The notes beneath the pieces were generated by a model. That model was not told the origin of the DNA. It worked only from the letters and a program-made list of their open reading frames with translations, and did no database searches. A program made the translations under genes and the position numbers. Below, one piece after another: positions 60,446 to 64,000 of a DNA stretch of 64,000 nt. This DNA is from Psammoneis japonica (lineage: Eukaryota): the NCBI GenBank assembly GCA_008632985.1, contig QPGO01000002.1, positions 682,001-746,000 of the forward strand. Direction: 5' to 3'. Each line of letters opens with the position of its first letter. The stretch's first letter is position 1.

Positions 60446-61206
60446 CTAGTACGGATCAATGTGGCCACTCCTGGTTGCAATCAAAATCAACATTGCAATA
60501 TAAAACCCAAATGCATCAACAATCCAACGGAAATAATCTTGATCCAGCTCGTTGGATTGTGGAGGTGTGTCTTTTGCACTACTCTCCACGACTACCACCA
60601 ACCTTGAGGCAGATACTAATCGCAACAACTCCACCAACGTCATGCTAATCAAAACCAGACAGAGGTACTTGATACAACGCTGCGCTTCCAACTCTTCTTC
60701 ATTTGATACAACGCGCTTGTAGTACTCGAGGTCTGCACTGGACGACGAGGATCCAACACTATACATGGAACGTGTGCGCCATTGTTTTCTTGTTGTTGGT
60801 TATCAATCCTCACGTCATGACTACTACCCGCCACAAGAATGGTTGGTCTTGGAAACAAGAGAACAATAGTGTCGTTGGCTACAATACCATTATCTTGCAA
60901 CGTTTCCTTGTTGTTGGTCCACATTTTGCCCCGAAAGACCAGTCGTTGTGCTGCGGGCGGTACCTTGTGTATCAGTGCTCCCCGTTCTTTGAATTGTTCA
61001 ATGGTCCAAGTGGGGTGGGCAAGGATGGGAAATTTGGAATGGGCCGAATCCATCACGATGACTGTGATGGTATTATTAGGGTCGCTTATTTGCGATGCAA
61101 TGGCGTGAGCAGTGGTCGACACTGCTGCCTCGTCGTCGACGGAGCGCAGTGATGCATCGTGGTGCGAGTTGGTTGTTTCGGATGAGGACAGTGCGTTAGA
61201 TGTCAT
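60446..61206 (-). CDS. Ubiquitin-like-domain protein with C-terminal hydrophobic segments; frameshifted, 3' end uncertain
   Basis: WTIEQFKE...VPPAAQRLVFRGK...TLQDNGI...IVLLFPRP; the adjacent frame encodes TM-like helices. Confidence 0.65.
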
Positions 61207-61848
61207 GTCTGTAACAATAAGTATTGTGAAACCCTCTTTAGCAAGGAGAAATGAAACAGCTTGAAGAGATGTGTTCGCATCCGCAATTACCAGTCGTGCG
61301 CGTCTCCACACTATGGCAGAGTGCACACCATACGGGCGATGACTGACATTGTCGTGTTGGTGTTTTTTTTCTGTTGCTCACATCGCGCCTCTGCGCACTC
61401 ACAAATTCAACAAGATGCTAGTAGAGAGAATTTAAGGGTCTGTCAAAATAGCCTTCGCATCTGGTTTAGTCGTAAACGTTTTTCGTCAAGGGTTTCAGCC
61501 ATTTTGTGGCATGAAAAAGCTGAAGTTGAGCAGTTCTTTGCGAGCTTCCGTTGAGAATATTTATATAAATCCATACATTAAGTATATATATTTAGATATG
61601 ATACTTAAAGTCTCCTGCACTATTGTTATTAGAGTATTTATCGACATATACACTTTTTAGAAGTTGTATCATGCCAAGTGAAACTCAGCCGTTATCCGCA
61701 TTGACGACGTGACAGCGAAAAAAAAATGGCGTCAACGCAACATTGCAATGCCATCATCATTGTTCTCCTTGTCAATCACCAAGCTTAACGACCAACACAA
61801 CATTGTTCACTTCTCTCTTCTCGGTAGAAATACCCTGATCAGAGCATA

Positions 61849-63944
61849 ATGATGCCAGATGCTTCTTCCAACGAGGTAAAACAGTCTGAGGCGGTTGAAT
61901 CATCATCCAAACATGAACAACAACGTGACAGCACAAGTAGTAGTGCCGACGAGGATGCTGCTATTCAAAAAGCGATTCGTTTCTGGAACCATCCTTCTCT
62001 AAGTAATATATCGACAAATGATAAGATTGCCTATCTGCGTGCTCAAAATGTGACGGAGGATCAACTACACAAGGCTTGGGAACGTATCGCCGAACAAAAA
62101 GACATCTCATCTGCTCCTACCGCTACGTCTACTAATCCTCCACAACCTGCACCACCACAACAACAACAATGCCACCCATCCAGAATGAAATCCATGCAAT
62201 CATACAATTCAGATTTTCGGCAAGCACTACCACCATCTTATCCACCAAATAATTATCAATCACAACACGGTTATTATCATTATCAAGAGACGGACGAAGA
62301 ACCGCAATATACAAACGCTGCGTTGTTCTTGACAATTGGAGGCATGTTGGGTCTTGGAGCTGCTGCAGCGGTGCGTTGGTTAAATGGTGGTGACTTTACT
62401 CTCATGCCTCCTCCGTCCATGGAAGAAAAGAGTGTTGTTGTTGAACATGACCAACAACAACGATATGTATCTCACGAGGAAGAAGAAGAGTCACAAGAAC
62501 AAATCTACCTGCAAGACGATGAAGAGATTATTCATTCCACCGATGACATGATTGCTCCCGAGGACGATTCTGCTCGTTATAATCCTCTCTTGGAACAAGT
62601 GCAAGAACTCACTACAGTCCTCAAGTCTCACGTGGCAACGCAGGAACGAGTGTTGCAAAAAATGTCGGCCACCCATCAACGTCAAGTTACGGAAAAGCCA
62701 TGGATTTGCTTCGTCCACCACCCGAGCCGCCAGCTACCGCAATGTTACAGAATCATGAGTCATACTCCGCACCACTCTGGGCCCTCTATGCACAATTGGT
62801 GGACTTCGTGCACACTAAGCAGCACAACTAGCAGCGGAACAACACCACGAATAGCGACCAAGAATCCGAGCTACGAGTCGAGTTGTTGCAGCAACTGTGT
62901 TCTTGTATCAAGACGATTGAATTGCAGGTAGAGGTGAAGGTAATGTAGAACCCGATAGCTCCTCGCCGACCTTTACAAGAAAGTCACTCTCTACCGACTC
63001 TTCTTCAACATCGTCTGGTACGCCCGTTTCTCGAGGAACAGCCAATAAACAACAATATTCTGACTCAAGACAAGACTGTTTCCAGTCGGCCACCCACAAG
63101 CTTGCATGGTGCCATTGAACAGTTGGCACTCGAAAACGAACCCAACACTCTAAGATCGGGTGCACAGATTCTCTATCTCTACACACTCAATCTGTCGAGT
63201 CATTCTACGGTTCCACGCTATCGCAAGATTTACAAATCCAACGAGACCTTTAAGCGGGTTCAAGAGTTAAAAGGAGGCACAGAGTTGTTGCTTGCCGTGG
63301 GATTCCAAGACAGTGGCAATGTGTTGGAATGGCAGGGTGATGATCTGACGTGTCTCAAAGAGGCTGCCGCGGCACTCTCCATTCTCAAGTCTCCTCAACA
63401 AGAGTTTGATGCCAACGCCTTGGCCCAAGCTGCCACGGCGGTCTTGTCGTCTTGTAAAGACACTACTACGCTTGAGAATACCACGCCCATGCGAAAATCG
63501 TCGTCCTTGGACGACGACTTTGCCAGCATTCCAGAAAATGACGACCTGTTGCAAACACCCCAAACCAACATTTTGGTATCACCACCCTCGACGAAAAAGC
63601 ACACGTTTTTATCATCGTCGGGCTTTCCCGAAGCGCCGTTGGATATTTTGAATGAATCATCATCCGCCCATGCTCACGAAGAAACGAGTTTGCTGGATAT
63701 ATCGTCGGCGTCTCTCGAAATTCGACCCTATCCCAATGAAGATGAAGAACAAGAAGAAGAACTCTTTTCGTCCGATTCCGTTGTGCAGGAAGAGGAAGAA
63801 GAAGATACGAGTAGTGATGGTGCCGAGCCCGCTACACCCATGATGACCAACGCATCAACAACGATAAGTAGTAATGGGGGAGAGAGCAGTGTAGAGCCTT
63901 CCGATAATCTTCAAACGCCACGGCTTAATAAAGAATTAATATAA
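61849..63944 (+). CDS. PEX14: PEX14-like peroxin with PUB domain; apparent frameshifts around 62700-63100
   Basis: Pex14_N (IQKAIRFWNHPSL......KIAYLRAQNVTEDQL), TM segment, coiled coil; PUB domain (ILYLYTLNL......RYRKI...NETF......GGTELLLAVGF). Confidence 0.75.
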
Positions 63945-64000
63945 AAGGGGGAAATTAAATGTGATGAATAAAACGCAACAAAAGCATGAAACATCCTTAA

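Noticed and set aside
50200..63100. Programmed frameshifting or pseudogenisation of the DENN, FEX, Ubl and PEX14 genes
   Set aside because: Several unrelated housekeeping genes each show isolated indels with no slippery-site pattern. Consensus or assembly error is more parsimonious.

Overview
Nuclear DNA from a eukaryote, most likely a pennate diatom. Support: GT-AG introns, bipartite plastid-targeting peptides, a frustulin-type CEGDCD protein, a red-lineage psbA fragment and an APE-RT-RNaseH LINE. The window has three parts. (1) 1-6025: a MITE, a dispersed repeat, a secreted subtilase and a 245-bp plastid psbA insert. (2) About 6026-34920: a transposon graveyard in which TpA is almost completely erased and CpG is strongly depleted, both converted to TpG/CpA. 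It is interrupted by one unmutated island (about 24950-27000) carrying an intact TM-TIR-U-box gene. (3) 35200-64000: gene-dense sequence with DnaJ-X, PFK, an EF-hand/cNMP kinase, DENN-ENTH, a FEX fluoride exporter, a 2H phosphoesterase, an RCC1-repeat protein, a frustulin-like lectin, a Ubl protein and PEX14-PUB; several carry probable assembly indels. The main finding is a domain-restricted, strand-symmetric TpA->TpG/CpA (A:T->G:C) hypermutation of repeats, opposite in polarity to fungal RIP. It is supported internally by a mutated/unmutated repeat pair and by Tyr->Cys/His changes in conserved LINE motifs. All counts were made by eye and no database searches were run.
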